In this document: in pieces, positions 13,631 through 28,716 of the stretch | Position numbering within the stretch: position 1 is the stretch's first letter | How the letters are laid out: every line of letters begins with the position of its first letter | Assembly: GCA_951406725.2 (NCBI GenBank) | Contig: OX597822.1 | Location: 1,674,001-1,738,000 of the forward strand | Length of the DNA stretch: 64,000 nucleotides | Direction: 5' to 3' | DNA from: Octopus vulgaris | Lineage: Eukaryota | The notes under the pieces: model-generated | The model's input: the letters and a program-made list of their open reading frames with translations, nothing else | Told to the model about the DNA's origin: nothing | Database searches by the model: none | Made by a program: the position numbers and the translations under genes

Positions 13631-14460
13631 GAGGAGATTGTTTATTATTGTTGTAGTTGTTTAACCCTGAGCTAGACTTGATTAAGAAATCTTATCATCA
13701 AACATATTCAGGCCGTGAAGTTACTATTATTTGTTGAGGTGTTACATTTGTGATACTACACTATGTAATGTGGCCATACATATATTGTATATAGTTTATA
13801 ATATAATTTATGAGACACTATGTTATATATATGTGATTTATAAGACTAGTTTTGACTTCGGGACATGCCTATGCTATTTCAAGGTCAAATACAGATTTTC
13901 TATCCAACTAATGCCTTCTCTATAATTACTAGTGAAAGAGACTATACACCATCCATCAGAGTAAAGTGCAAGCACACTCCCACACATATATTTACAGAGA
14001 GAGATTCTAACTTCAACACTAAGGTTTACTTCTCTTCCACCTATGATCCGTGACAAATTCGACCGGTATTACGTATAACTATTCTTCTATGAACCGTAAA
14101 ACAGAACAACGCCATCCTTTATACAAGGAATCTTTATCTATGGGAAGAAAACGTCAACACAGATTTGTATCTGAAAATGGCATATGTGCCAAAAGAAAAC
14201 CCGATAAAATTTACTCTCATAGATATCCATCTATAAACAAACAATAATAAATATCCCTTATCAAACCAAACAACTCCATCCCTTTTTCTTCATCCACACC
14301 TTTCAAAGACATGCTCTCCTCTTGTACATCCCAACATCCCTTCCGACATAACTACTGCTACCTGCCCACGTGACATCACATATTCATCCACATTATTCCA
14401 CCTTCCAAAAAAGCAACTCGCCAAAGATCATATATAATGCCAGGAAGACTATTATAAATC

Positions 14461-14504
14461 ACAGTCTGATGAAGACTAGAATGTCGAAACTTGGAAGTCA
14501 CTGT
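14461..14504 (+). ncRNA. Type I minimal hammerhead ribozyme
   Basis: acagt-CTGATGA-a-gac tagaat gtc-GAAAC-ttggaa-GTC-actgt; perfect 5 bp stem I, 3 bp stem II, GUC cleavage triplet. Confidence 0.8.
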
Positions 14505-15512
14505 CAACATTTTCCTTGAGAAAAATTAGAAGTATGTAGGCTACTAAAAGTATTGAGCGATCCATCAATTAATCTTAACTTTTTATTTATAATTTCCCAT
14601 AAATAAAGACACTAATACATACATGTGTGTGTATGAGTGTGTATGTGTATAACTGTTAGTGTGCACACAACTAAACGTTTATGGTTCAATTAGAACACTA
14701 GTGTGCTGATAGACACCATTATCTTGATAAGGACACAACTGTATAGACAAAAACACCATTGTCTTAACAAAGACGGTTTTTTAATGCTTTTTCGATGAAC
14801 AAAGCAGACGGCAAATTATGAAAACAACTCCGCGCAGGCGCCTGACTGAATTGTATAATAATTTAGTAAACAAGTTAAATGCTACACATGTACACTTGTT
14901 CCTCTCCCACGGGAATTCTTGAAGTATCGGGAAATTGCCGCCAATTATTCTTATATATAACATTCTATGGCAGTAAAGAACAAAGAAAATGCATTCCTGA
15001 TCGTAAAAGTAGGAGAGACAGTAGATTATAAGTGCAATGTATTGTGCATAAAACACAAGAAAAATTACGAAGAAGTAGAACAGAAAAATAATAAAGAAAT
15101 ATTTGAGTCATTATGTCTATACAATCAATCTTCGTTGTTGCTTCCTCGAAATTAGAATGTGAGTTCGATTTGTATCAGTTAAAAAATTGATAGAATTTTG
15201 TTCTTACTTCTATTTTAAAAGGCAGACATTATTTTGCAAATATCACAAATTTCATTTATGAGGTATAACAAAATGTAAAAATGGGAAAATAACATTTAAT
15301 TATAGCATATATGATATGACGACAGCGTGTATGAAGTACGGAACAGTTGATGGGATATGGAAGTTTAGTACATATAATTTATAAAGTTATACATGAGTGG
15401 CTCTGTCTTAAGAACCTTGATGTAGTCTTGGGCTCAAACGCACAAGGCAGTTCCTTAGGGTATATGGGTATATATGCCTGTGTATGTGTGTGCGTGTGTG
15501 TATGTGTGTGTG

Positions 15513-15659
15513 TATGTGTGTATAATTTAATGTATACAGTATAAAGATACGAGTTACTACTAAAAGTTTCTTGCTGTGAAGACACGTGTCTATGCAGGTA
15601 TTCGTAACACGGCATGTGTCTCCAAGTAATGTATGTATATATGTAGGTATGCACATATG

Positions 15660-15690
<31 letters not shown>

Positions 15691-15970
15691 GTACGTTTGT
15701 ATGTGTGCATATACCTACTGGTGTCATAGACGAATTTACGCATTCATATTTGAATAAGTCCTTGCTTATTTGACTATGTCTGCGTCTATGTGTATACGTA
15801 TATGGGAGCGTGTGTATGTGTATCTGTTTATATAGACGCTTAAATACTGTTTGTTTATGTGTGTATAATTTAATGTACACAGTATAGAGATACGACTTAC
15901 TAAAAGTTCCTTGCTGTGAAGACACGTGTCTATGCAGGTATTCATAACACGGCTTGTGTCTCCAAGTAAT
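15513..15970. repeat. ~115 bp direct duplication (15513-15630, 15856-15970) enclosing an inverted copy of 16464-16705
   Basis: Direct sequence comparison. Confidence 0.85.
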
Positions 15971-16744
15971 TTCCAGGCTCTGTACACATGGTCTGTTCTA
16001 TTTGAGAAACAGGGTTGTGGTACATCAGAAATCACGAGAAAAAAAGCAAGAAAGTTGATGCAAAATTAGGAGCGTGAAAAAGACACGGAAAATGCAAAGA
16101 GAGGAAAGAAAACTAGAGTAATGCCCCATTTGACTGTAGAAGCCACTATAAAACTAATTGTATAATAATTGAATATACATATATCTATATACATGTATAA
16201 ATATGACATAAAATTATACATACATATATACATACATGTTTACATACATATATACATACATACATAAATACATGCATACATACTGAATGATTGTGAGACA
16301 GAGAGGCAGACCGATACGACAGGCAGACATACTACATCATAAACTTAGAGCCAAATCATCTATATATACACATTAGCTATAATTGATACGGTGAGTTTTC
16401 AAATAGACGCATTTCCCTTAAAGACGCATTAGAAAAAAACATGACTTTTGCTTCTCACGCAATCACACATAAACAATCAGTATTTTAAGCGTCTATATAA
16501 ACAGATAGACATACACACGCTCCCATATACGTATAGACATAGACTCAGACATAGCCAAATAAGCAAGGACTTATTCAAATATGAATGCGTAAATTCGTAT
16601 CTATATATATATGATTATGACACCAGTAGGTATATGCACACATACAAACGTACATATATATATAAACATATATATACATATATGCAGACCCACATATACA
16701 AATATATAACGAATTCAAATAAACAAGCAGTTCAAATATACGAA

Positions 16745-16930
16745 TAAAAAATGAATAAAAACGAAAAAAAGAAAACGAACGGGGCGGGGGACGTGCACAA
16801 GAAATGTATTAGTTTGAGACTCGGTGAAAAGAGAGAGTTTGATGCTTCGAGGGTAGCTCTTCGTCGGAGAAGAAAAAAGGAAAAGTCCGAAGAGGAATTA
16901 GAAACCGCCAACGGTACACACGTAGTCAAA
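16745..16930 (-). mobile_element. Diverged copy of the hammerhead element family at 28511/39624
   Basis: Shares cgccaacggtacacacg and gctcttcgtc; core decayed to CCGACGA...CTCGAAGC. Confidence 0.65.
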
Positions 16931-17099
16931 TTGCTGACGCGTACGCACGCGTACAAAATTGCTCATTTGTGCAAATATACGTATATGCACACGGAGTTCA
17001 GAGTCAAAAGGGAAACCACAGAAAGAAACAGCAAAAGAAGCAAAAAGATACGTGAAGTATCATCTGTAAATTCCATCTAAAAGGTGTCTGCTGACAAGG

Positions 17100-18085
17100 A
17101 GAAATGCAGATGAACTGCCGCTTCGCACAGTCAAAGCTCAGACAGAACGGAACCCATGGCAAAAAGTACTCTCCACTTAACCAATAAGGCTGGATAAAAC
17201 CACGCCCAGAGGGACTTGTATCACACTACACACATGCAGTGAAGACGACTTAGAAAGTTGTATGCGGATGCAGTGCGAGTTGCAATTGTAGAAACAGAAG
17301 GTTTTTAAAGTGTGGAACAAGTGGCATGGTTGCAATCTATACTTAATCATGCACACCCCAACACAAGCCAGACACAATAGACCCAAGATGGTCACCAGTA
17401 ATGCAAAATCGACCATGACACCAACACTCATAAATATAAGAGGTTTCCTACAAGACAACAACAAGCCCAAAATTGCGTGCCTGAGGGATCTTTCTGCAAG
17501 CTGTCAAGTAATATGAATTTCCTCTACGGAGACATAAACGATACAGAGATACACATAACAATTTATGCAGCATTACGTGCAGACAAAACAGAAAAGTCAC
17601 AGAAGATTTGCGTTGTCCATCTGTAAAGATGTCACACAACTAATCTTGTCACATTGAAACTCAGTATATGGTACACTCATAATGCACTTAAAAGCAACTG
17701 GATAGAGCAATATGCATATTATATCGCCCATCCGATGCCTCCAATCATGATGGTAAATTTGAGGAAAGCCTTACAATGATAAAAGATGTAATAACAAAAC
17801 TAAATCGACGGATTAATGTACATATTATGGGTGTCTTCAACTTACCCAAGATTAGACGGCCGAGGAGCGAATTATAATCCCAGGACTGACGTTCAAACAG
17901 TCAAACAGAATCTCTTCTTGATCTCACGAAAATGTTATTCATGGAACAAACCCTACTCTTCCTAACCAGAGGCAATAACTTATTAGACCTCTGCTTCACC
18001 AACCATGCGGAACTTATCCACAATGTGAAGATATCAGCGACAATCTTCTCAGACGACCACATGATAGAGCCGACGATGCACAGCC
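17100..18085 (+). pseudogene. Decayed CR1-type LINE 5' region with APE endonuclease
   Basis: LINIRG, IMGVFNLP (GDFN-like), TRGNNLLDLCFTN and FSDDHMI (SDH-like) motifs across frameshifts. Confidence 0.75.
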
Positions 18086-18479
18086 CAAAACTAATTAATG
18101 ATGTATTCCATATATTACACATCCTGTAATCCAACGTGATAAAACCATTCCAAATAAAAACAAGGATCGATACTTAGAGCTTTATATCTAACGATGTTGT
18201 TCCTTGTTCTCTCAAAATAAGCTCGCGAGTAAGTATTTCAAATCCGTTATTAATGGAAATAAAATCGGAATAATATTGCTAGTTAAGATAAGAATTTTCA
18301 AATGTCATAATGTGTTTTCAATTATGAAATCTTGTAGCGCCTCTTTTGACTTTAGAGTGGACGCTTATTATTCCGAAGAGATAAGTTATTTAGTTGCTCA
18401 GATCTGTTATTTAACTTCAAGAAATAACTAGAAGAGATCGACAGAAGATTACGTCAAGAGATGATAGTTTATAAATTAC

Positions 18480-19400
18480 AAATAATCTCAATCGGAAATA
18501 AATCGATTGATTAAGTAAACAGTGAAACATTTTCTTTAAGTAACATGGATTTCAGACAAACACCAAGTGAAATATTACTGTTGCTAATTCTCGTGACGTA
18601 ATCCTCAACTTAAATTGCTCTATGTACTATCCATTCCATAAACCAAACAATCCGATAAATTATATAAACCGCTTATCAAACCACTATACCAACATTGCCC
18701 ACAATATTGTCAGATCACTTCAACTTGACATTCAAAACTTATTGCCTCTAAATAAATATTCTGGATTCTAAATCATACTTCAAAGATGCTTTAACTATAA
18801 GTAGATACAAGTTTTATATATATAGAAAAACAACAGAAATATTCACAATGGTAAAACAACAAAAATGTAATATAATTCCGGATATCCCTGATTTGTAAAA
18901 GATATTATCGTTAATATTAGCATCAGTAAAATCCAGCTTTAAGTGGATCCTAAATTTGTAAAGCTTTCCACTCAATGTCTGAATGTATATATTTCTTTAT
19001 TTCAATGTCTGAATGTATAGAGATGCTGAGAGAATATTTTAAAAAAGATATTCTGTTCAAACTATAAACCCTTTATATTTATGTTAATTGCAAAGAAGAC
19101 CGACATTTGTTCTGCAATGGGGATGGTTATTACAAAGGCACACACACCAAGATGGATATTTTTGGCTTATTGCAAATCTAAAGAAGTCAAAACAGCATTG
19201 AATTTTTGGTGCAAATTTAGTTCACTATTTATGCCCTTAAATTAAACATAATGATACTTATGAGCTAGAGAAAAATGCGTATTTATTAGATTTAAGAAAT
19301 CCTTCGTATCAGTTCAGTGAGCATTTAAACCATTGGAGGGATTGTATTATACCATATTGTGTGTCCTTGTTTCCAACTTAAATATTGGCTGTTCTGTATG
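18480..19400 (+). pseudogene. Decayed Penelope-like element (RT C-terminus/thumb, possible GIY-YIG remnant)
   Basis: Translated VANSRDVILNLN (VNFLDVTLNL-like), YYPFHKPNNPINYINRLSNH, FKDALTISRY and KKIF..N; several stops. Confidence 0.7.
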
Positions 19401-20284
19401 TAACGTATCTTAACGTTCAAAACTCTGTAGTTTAGCGTGTGTTTGTAATAATGGACAGCAGGATCAAAAGAGTCACCGCAAGAACGCTACCCAATGAGGC
19501 TCTTATTAATAGGAAGTGGTAGTTTATATTAATACTCAGCGTTATTTCACAGCCATCTCACGAACGCAGGTTCGTCAGATGGTTGTGATTTGTAAACAGT
19601 TTTCAGTAGGAACCGGAAAGAGAAGTGTGAACGCGCAATGTACACTGAATTCGTAAAGCGGAAGAATAAAGAAAACAACGCAATGCGCATGTTAAAACGG
19701 AAGAGAAGAATAAAACAACTTATATGATGGTTTACATGGCACGCAGCTTTGCTGCAATATTCTCGTTTTTGATATTTATACTGTAAGTAGAACGTTTCTG
19801 TGGGTGTATAACTAAGTGAAATGTAAGAAATAAACAATGCTTATAGACTGACATCTTCAGCGATTTTATATCAAACTCTTTGAATAAATTAAGGAAACTT
19901 TTCTCAACATAGTTCACTCTGTAACCCTTCACACTTCTAAAAATGAAGAAACCCTTCAAGTACATTCGCATATGAAGAGCTGAAAGCATTATGTGTTCTT
20001 GCATGTCAAAGTATGTATATATGCATGTGGGACAAATAATTACAGAAATTATTTAGCCAACCAGTCAGACTTTGATAAATTGTTGACTATTCGTATTTCG
20101 GTATGTTTGAAAAATATTTATGCTTATATTACATCACTCTGCCTCTCTACTTCATTCATTTGTACAATCAGAACTTCATAATCAGGAAACTGGTTGTCTA
20201 ATTATAAACACATATACACACATTTGCACATAAATTCACATTTCCATAACCATACGCTCATGCATAATACGCACAAACATGCAC

Positions 20285-20775
20285 AACTTTATAAGGCAGT
20301 TGGTTCATTTTTGCTCATCTCCTCCAAAGAAGGCGAAAATCGTTTCATCTGCAGGGAAGGTGACGGCCTCGGTGTTTTGGAATGCAAAAGACATTGTCAT
20401 CACTGACTATCACCAAAAGAGCCACACCATCAGTGGAGAGAACAACGCCAATTTGCTGAGACTTACAAAAAGTTCTTAAGGGGAAACAAATTTACAAAAA
20501 GAGTCTTGTTTCAATGTTCCATCACATAAGTCCTTAGTGTCAATGGTTGCTATGCGTGAATTGGTTGACCACACTCCTTATTCTCCAGATTTGGCCATAT
20601 CTCAATATCATTTTTGTTTCCTCGACCAACAGGAGCTTCTTGACTAATAGGATCCAATTACTGCAACACCGATAAAAGAAGTGTGTGGGACATAAGGGAG
20701 ATTAACTTGAAAATAAACTTCATTTGGTTACGTTGCATGACAGTATCTTGGTCAGTATAAGATCTTTTCAACCAA
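20285..20775 (+). mobile_element. Mariner transposase C-terminal fragment
   Basis: SSPPKKAKIVSSAGKVTASVFW and LVDHTPYSPDLA. Confidence 0.8.
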
Positions 20776-20806
20776 TTATATATACATATACATATACATA
20801 CACATA

Positions 20807-20859
<53 letters not shown>

Positions 20860-21243
20860 ATGTATATGTATATGTATATATATATGTGTGTGTGTGTGTG
20901 TATATGTATATGTATGTATATATATATATATAGTAACCAAAGGGAGGAGGAGAATTTCCATTATCCCCACGTGGTGAGCTGTAATAGAAGAAATATATAT
21001 GTAAAATATAAGAAGGAAATTGCACGTAGTTTCACAAAGTTTCAAGTGTGTCCTTGAGTCGGATTTTCTGCCAAACATTCGCGCATTTGGCATCCGCAAG
21101 TTCGCCGTAAAACAGTCTTTCGGGTAATCGTGTGTCGCGCGTTAAGGTGTTCACTAAACCAAAGGTGTACTAAGCGGCACTACTGCTTACACTACCGTAG
21201 TTTGAGAAAATGCTTTATTTAAAAGCAGCAGAAATATAACAAA

Positions 21244-21285
21244 AGCTGCTACTCAGAGTTTCACGTACCCGTTCGTCGGACAGTT
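21244..21285 (-). ncRNA. Variant hammerhead-like motif (CCGACGA core) in a (TA)n-flanked element (20932-21305)
   Basis: Minus strand ctgt-CCGACGA-ac gggtac gt-GAAAC-tctga-GTA-gcag. Confidence 0.5.
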
Positions 21286-21301
21286 TTGTTAATACACTTA
21301 A

Positions 21302-21408
<107 letters not shown>

Positions 21409-21562
21409 TATATATATATATGTATGTATGTATATATGAGGTAAACTTACTTGGAAATGGATGTGTGGCGTTCAATCATAACTATATAAATAATATACAT
21501 ATATAGGCATATATGCATATATATATGTACACACTTATATATATATATATATATATATATAA

Positions 21563-21827
21563 TTAGTGAATGGAAGAAATGGAGTTGAACGAAGATTGTA
21601 CAGAATTCCTTTTATTACATTCTACACATGTTTCAAAGGCCACAATTTTCCAAATTCTGATTAAATAAGGATACCATATTGCAGCTTTCTCTTCAGGAAA
21701 AACCAGGAATTACGTTGTCAGAACAAAACAAAACAGAGGCGCAGCAAAGCAATTCGAACGAGGACGCTCCTTAAGAGCCCGTGGGTAAAATGTTTATCAA
21801 TGTACGTTAGGGTTAGGGTTAGGGTTA
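21563..21827 (-). mobile_element. (TA)n-embedded hammerhead element (same family as 3395-3747) ending in (TTAGGG)3
   Basis: Aligns by eye with the reverse complement of 3540-3747; gttagggttagggttagggtta at 21806-21827. Confidence 0.8.
21619..21700 (-). ncRNA. Type I minimal hammerhead ribozyme
   Basis: Minus strand ttc-CTGAAGA-gaaagctgcaat...attgtggccttt-GAAAC-atgt-GTA-gaa; stem II pairing retained relative to the 3609 copy despite substitutions. Confidence 0.7.
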
Positions 21828-21854
21828 TATATATATATATATATTTAATTTAAT

Positions 21855-21995
21855 TTTTATTGGCTCAAAAAGCAGAAGTAAGGCCATGTAGGTGTACAGG
21901 GAGGATGGTCATACAAAGAGTTCTGACCTTTTCCGGTCAAGAGAGACTTTGAACCGAGCGGTCGTCGACATTTTCACTATCTCGTCCGGCAGTGT
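21855..21995 (-). mobile_element. CR1-type LINE extreme 3' fragment
   Basis: LPDEIVKMSTTARFKVSLD..SELFV* (WN.LP..VV....FK..LD motif) followed by an A-rich tail. Confidence 0.65.
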
Positions 21996-22005
21996 CTTTA
22001 TACAT

Positions 22006-22610
22006 ATGCATATATGGGTCCAGGACGTCATAAAGCGTAAACAACATGAAATACGAATTACGAAAACATGCAATATGAATTTTTTTGTGAACAACGAAAG
22101 AAACAAATGGAAAACAAGACAAGTAAGATAAAGAGGAACAGTTGTCGGCTGTTTATCTACCCAACATTTAGAGCAATTACAACAAGATATGTCTTCGGGA
22201 AAACAGTTGCTCACGCAAGGCAAAATAAATTTGGGATTTGTGGAGGGTCAAAGCTGGTAACAAAAACAGGACTGTGAAAATACACAGTAAGGGCTGCAAA
22301 GCCATAGCGAGTTGAGGTGGCGAACGCTGGAGGAACAATGTTTGAGAGGAGACAGACAAGAATTCGTCTGATCTGTGTGGCAGATCAAAAGGAAAGAAAT
22401 AACCTCAAGTTAGGAAAGGAAAGGTGGCTGATGGTCACCTATGAGCAACGAGAGAATAAAGGAGAAAGAGTGAGAACGAGAGAGGGACAGATAGAGAACA
22501 GTGAAGATGAGAGGAAAATAATTAGAGAAAAGGTGAGAGAGAAAAAAACGAAAGTGGGGAAGGGGAGGTTTATGTTTACGTTTTATGACGTCCTATAACC
22601 ATATATGCAT
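22006..22610. mobile_element. (TA)-flanked non-coding element with terminal inverted repeats
   Basis: aggacgtcataaagcgtaaaca (22022-22043) / tgtttacgttttatgacgtcct (22573-22594); purine-rich interior. Confidence 0.6.
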
Positions 22611-22642
22611 ATGTATATACATATACATGTATGTATATATGC

Positions 22643-22685
<43 letters not shown>

Positions 22686-22705
22686 CATACATATATATAT
22701 ATATG

Positions 22706-22799
<94 letters not shown>

Positions 22800-22922
22800 T
22801 ACATACATACATCCCTGGTAGGACGCTTCCTTCCTAAACACATGGTTCCCGGTTCAGACCAACCGTCGGAACATTGAGCAAGTGTGTTCTCCTATTGTCT
22901 CGGGCCGACCAAAGTCTTCGGA

Positions 22923-25243
<2,321 letters not shown>

Positions 25244-25267
25244 AATATATATATGTATATATATATT

Positions 25268-25617
25268 TTGTTGTTGTTGTTGTGACCCCCTTCGGTCAGA
25301 CACTGACCATGGGTTTGCACATAGAGAGTTACCCTCTGATGCACAAGTCTGGGCAAGGTTGTTTTTATGGAAGACCAGCAGTTGCCCATGCATACCAGCC
25401 TCCCCTCTCCACGCCACCAGTGTTATCCAAGGGAAAGACAAAGGTCGATACAGCTTGGCACCAGTGACGTCGCAACTCATTTCTACAGCTGAGTGAACTG
25501 GAGCAACGTGAAATAAAGTGTCTTGCTCAAGAACACAACACGCAGCCCGGTCCGGGATTCGAGCTCACAACCTCACGATCGTAAGCTCGACGCTCTAACC
25601 ACTGAGCCACGTGCCTT

Positions 25618-25619
<2 letters not shown>
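25268..25619 (-). mobile_element. Full-length tRNA/CORE SINE (third family) with (CAA)n tail
   Basis: Minus-strand head ggcacgtggctcagtggttagagc...gagctcgaatccc; CORE-like cttgagcaagacacttt; tail appears as gttgttgtt on the plus strand. Confidence 0.85.
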
Positions 25620-25671
<52 letters not shown>

Positions 25672-25672
<1 letters not shown>

Positions 25673-25823
25673 GGGAGAGTTTACGAAAAACACAAAACAG
25701 GAAGACAGGTGGTGTACAAAACAAACAGATATATTAGTATAACGCTCAGGAATAGAAAACGTCTTTTACGTTTCGAGCCTACGCCATTTTACAGAAAGGG
25801 ACACAGAAAAAACAAGGAGAGAA

Positions 25824-25825
<2 letters not shown>
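25672..25825 (-). mobile_element. (TA)n-embedded element with decayed hammerhead-like motif (family of 45208)
   Basis: Shares gaagacaggtggtgta and acgtttcgagcctacgc with 45208-45410. Confidence 0.7.
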
Positions 25826-25871
<46 letters not shown>

Positions 25872-26894
25872 GAAGATATTTCTTCAAAGTACAGTGCAAC
25901 GGGATAGAACACGAAACCAACCGTTAGCAAAGCGAGCATCTGTTTTGATACCAAGAGTTACTCGCTTTAACATACTTCATTTTACGTTACTCTAGTATAA
26001 TTAGCTATTAACAAAAACTAAGCGGATGCTGGTGCGGCCATCCCTCCACCAGCTGTCACTTCTCTCTCCCGCTCAGCTGGGTTAAGGTCGAGAAAGACGT
26101 CAATATGATGACTAGGTTAGCTCATGACAATTTCCGCATGTAAAGCAACAAGAGAGAGAATCTCACTTGTTGCCGAGCCTTACTCGTTCTCGTGTAGCAG
26201 CTAGGTGTACTTGTAGTTCTCTTCGTTCGTCTTTCTTTTTGCTACATTATTATAAGGGAAATGCGTCATACATGAAGTAGCATTTACTTGTTTTGAATCA
26301 CTAACATATTATTACTATATAATAAAGGATCATGAGAAAAAAGAATAAAAGAAATGAAACAAAACCTTTTAAGACGTTTCCACTTCTAAGTTTGTATGTA
26401 TTGAAATTATGACGCCTACAACATCTATCCTGCTGACGAAGTGAAAAATCCCTCATATGGTTATGCGTTCACAATGCTTCTTGGGTTTGGATGTATACCG
26501 GTCAATTGTTGACCCCTGAACGGTATAATTTCATATTGCATATTTTTAATTATTATTATATATCTTATTCCATAATTTAGCATTTTGTATCTATGCGCAC
26601 GAAATGTGTTGTAGCAGATATGGCCTGTTGAATTGAACATATTAAATATTCCCTGCAAAACAACGACACGATAAAATGTCATGTGGAAGCTGATTGGCAG
26701 GATTTTAAATTGGTCATTAATCAACGAAATTAATTACCGCTCAGTAAATTCACCATCTACGTCACCCTTACAAACCTGGCAGTAATATCGTGATGAATTA
26801 TATTAAGAGAAAAATTAACAACAATTGCTTCAAATTTGACAAAAACGTCTGTAGTTTTAGGAAGTGGGTATTATTGGTAAGAAAACGATTATAT

Positions 26895-27477
26895 ATCGTA
26901 AAATATAATTTCCAACTAAATGTGGCGGTTCCATAGAGGACGATGCTACTGTTGTTTTTAGGCCCAGGAGAACATCTCCACCAGCTGCTTAACGATACAC
27001 TGTCTCTGTCCGATTAGTATCTGCGAAGGGAAATCATCGTTCCCATCTCTAGCCTCACGTGATACACACAGAACCGGGTTTCTGGATAGTAACCCGTCAA
27101 CAGTGTGTGATAATTACGAGCTAGTGATGAAAAGTCATTCCACACGCAACATACGATATGCTTTATCCAGTGGCAAACTGTCGCTGATCTCGAAAAAGGG
27201 GAAACAAGCAATATTAAATCCCAGAACGAAAGGAATAAGTTTTCATCACAAGCTCGTGATTATCACACACTGATGACGGGTTACTACCCAGAAACCCGGC
27301 TCTGTGTGTATCACGTAATCCTAGAGATGGGAACGATGATTTTCCCTCGCAAATACTAATCGGACAAAGACAGTGTGTCGTTAGCCAGATGGGGAGATGT
27401 CCTGCTGGGGCTAAAAACAACAGTAGCATCGTCCTCTATAGGACTGCCACATATAGTTGGCAATTATATTTTACGAT
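26895..27477. mobile_element. Foldback/MITE with ~245 bp imperfect inverted arms
   Basis: 26895-27141 is the reverse complement of 27232-27477 with scattered substitutions; about 90 bp spacer. Confidence 0.9.
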
Positions 27478-27800
27478 TCCGTAGTGCCACTGTTTACTTC
27501 TCGCTCAGAGATTTAATATTATTAAGATTATGTATTTTATAATTTAAGTTTGCATGTCTTCGAAATAAGTAAGGGTTAAAGTTAAAGTTTCATATTATAT
27601 ATTTCAGACAATTCAGGAATTTCGTTGATAATTTATCAGTCGTCTTCTTGCAATGTCTTACAAGAAGGCAAACAATTCTATAAACGTTTACCCAGCGCAA
27701 CTTGTTAGTAATAAACTTACAGTGTATAACAGTTCATACTCACCGTCTTCGGTCTATGGTTTCAGATCAATTTAGTTCACACGCAAGGGCATGTATGTAT

Positions 27801-27854
<54 letters not shown>

Positions 27855-27918
27855 GTATATACGCACATACGCAGGTATGTGGTTGTCATGAAGCTAAACC
27901 TAAACAACATCAACAGCA

Positions 27919-27922
27919 ACTT

Positions 27923-28013
<91 letters not shown>

Positions 28014-28140
28014 AACTAATACTACTGCTACTACTGCTGCTGCAACTACCAATACTGCCACTACTATTATTAATACTAAAATTAGTAATATTAATAATAA
28101 TGAATATGATGATGACGATGATGATGATGATGATGACTAA
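27919..28140. repeat. Compound trinucleotide microsatellite (ACT)n(GAC)n(AAT)n(GAT)n
   Basis: Directly visible. Confidence 0.95.
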
Positions 28141-28510
28141 AAAAAATGTAATATACTTCTCCTCTTCCACAAACCCTTAGGCATTATTGAGTAGTTTGCC
28201 GGTTGGCTTGTTGGCTGGCTGGTTGGTTGGTAGGTAGGCTGACTTGACTGAAAGCAGCTCATTTGTCTCATGACTACCAAAACATTATTCCTTTAGTTTT
28301 AATAGTTTATTCAGACACCATATCTGAGGCTATTACAGTACTCCATTTCAGTAAAGCTATTTATTCGAAGATTAGTTTCTTTTAAATGAAATTAAATAGG
28401 GACAGCCGTGGCTGTATGGTAAGAAATTCTTCTACTGTAGCCTCAAGCCGGCAAAAGCCGTATCAGTGGATTCGGTAGATAGAAACTGTCGTGTGTGTGT
28501 GTATATACAT

Positions 28511-28716
28511 AAATGTGACCGCGTGTGTACCGTTGGCGATTTTTTTCCTCCGTCTTCCCTTCTTTGGATCTTTCCTTTTCCTATGTTTCTGACGAAGAGC
28601 TCCGCTCGAAACGTTAAATCCTCCTTCTTTCCTTCTTCCCTGAGCGCCCAATAATACTATACTTGTTCCACGTCCTCGCGTTGTTGTGTTTTCTCTTTGT
28701 GTTTTCATGTTTGGAT

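Noticed and set aside
25520-25619. tRNA-like sequences (also at 38179 and 53173) as real tRNA genes
   Set aside because: They are SINE heads continuing into CORE/body sequence without a complete cloverleaf
26365-26724. Possible GIY-YIG remnant with scattered CTGACGA and GAAACGTC
   Set aside because: The half-motifs are on opposite strands and the protein similarity is too weak
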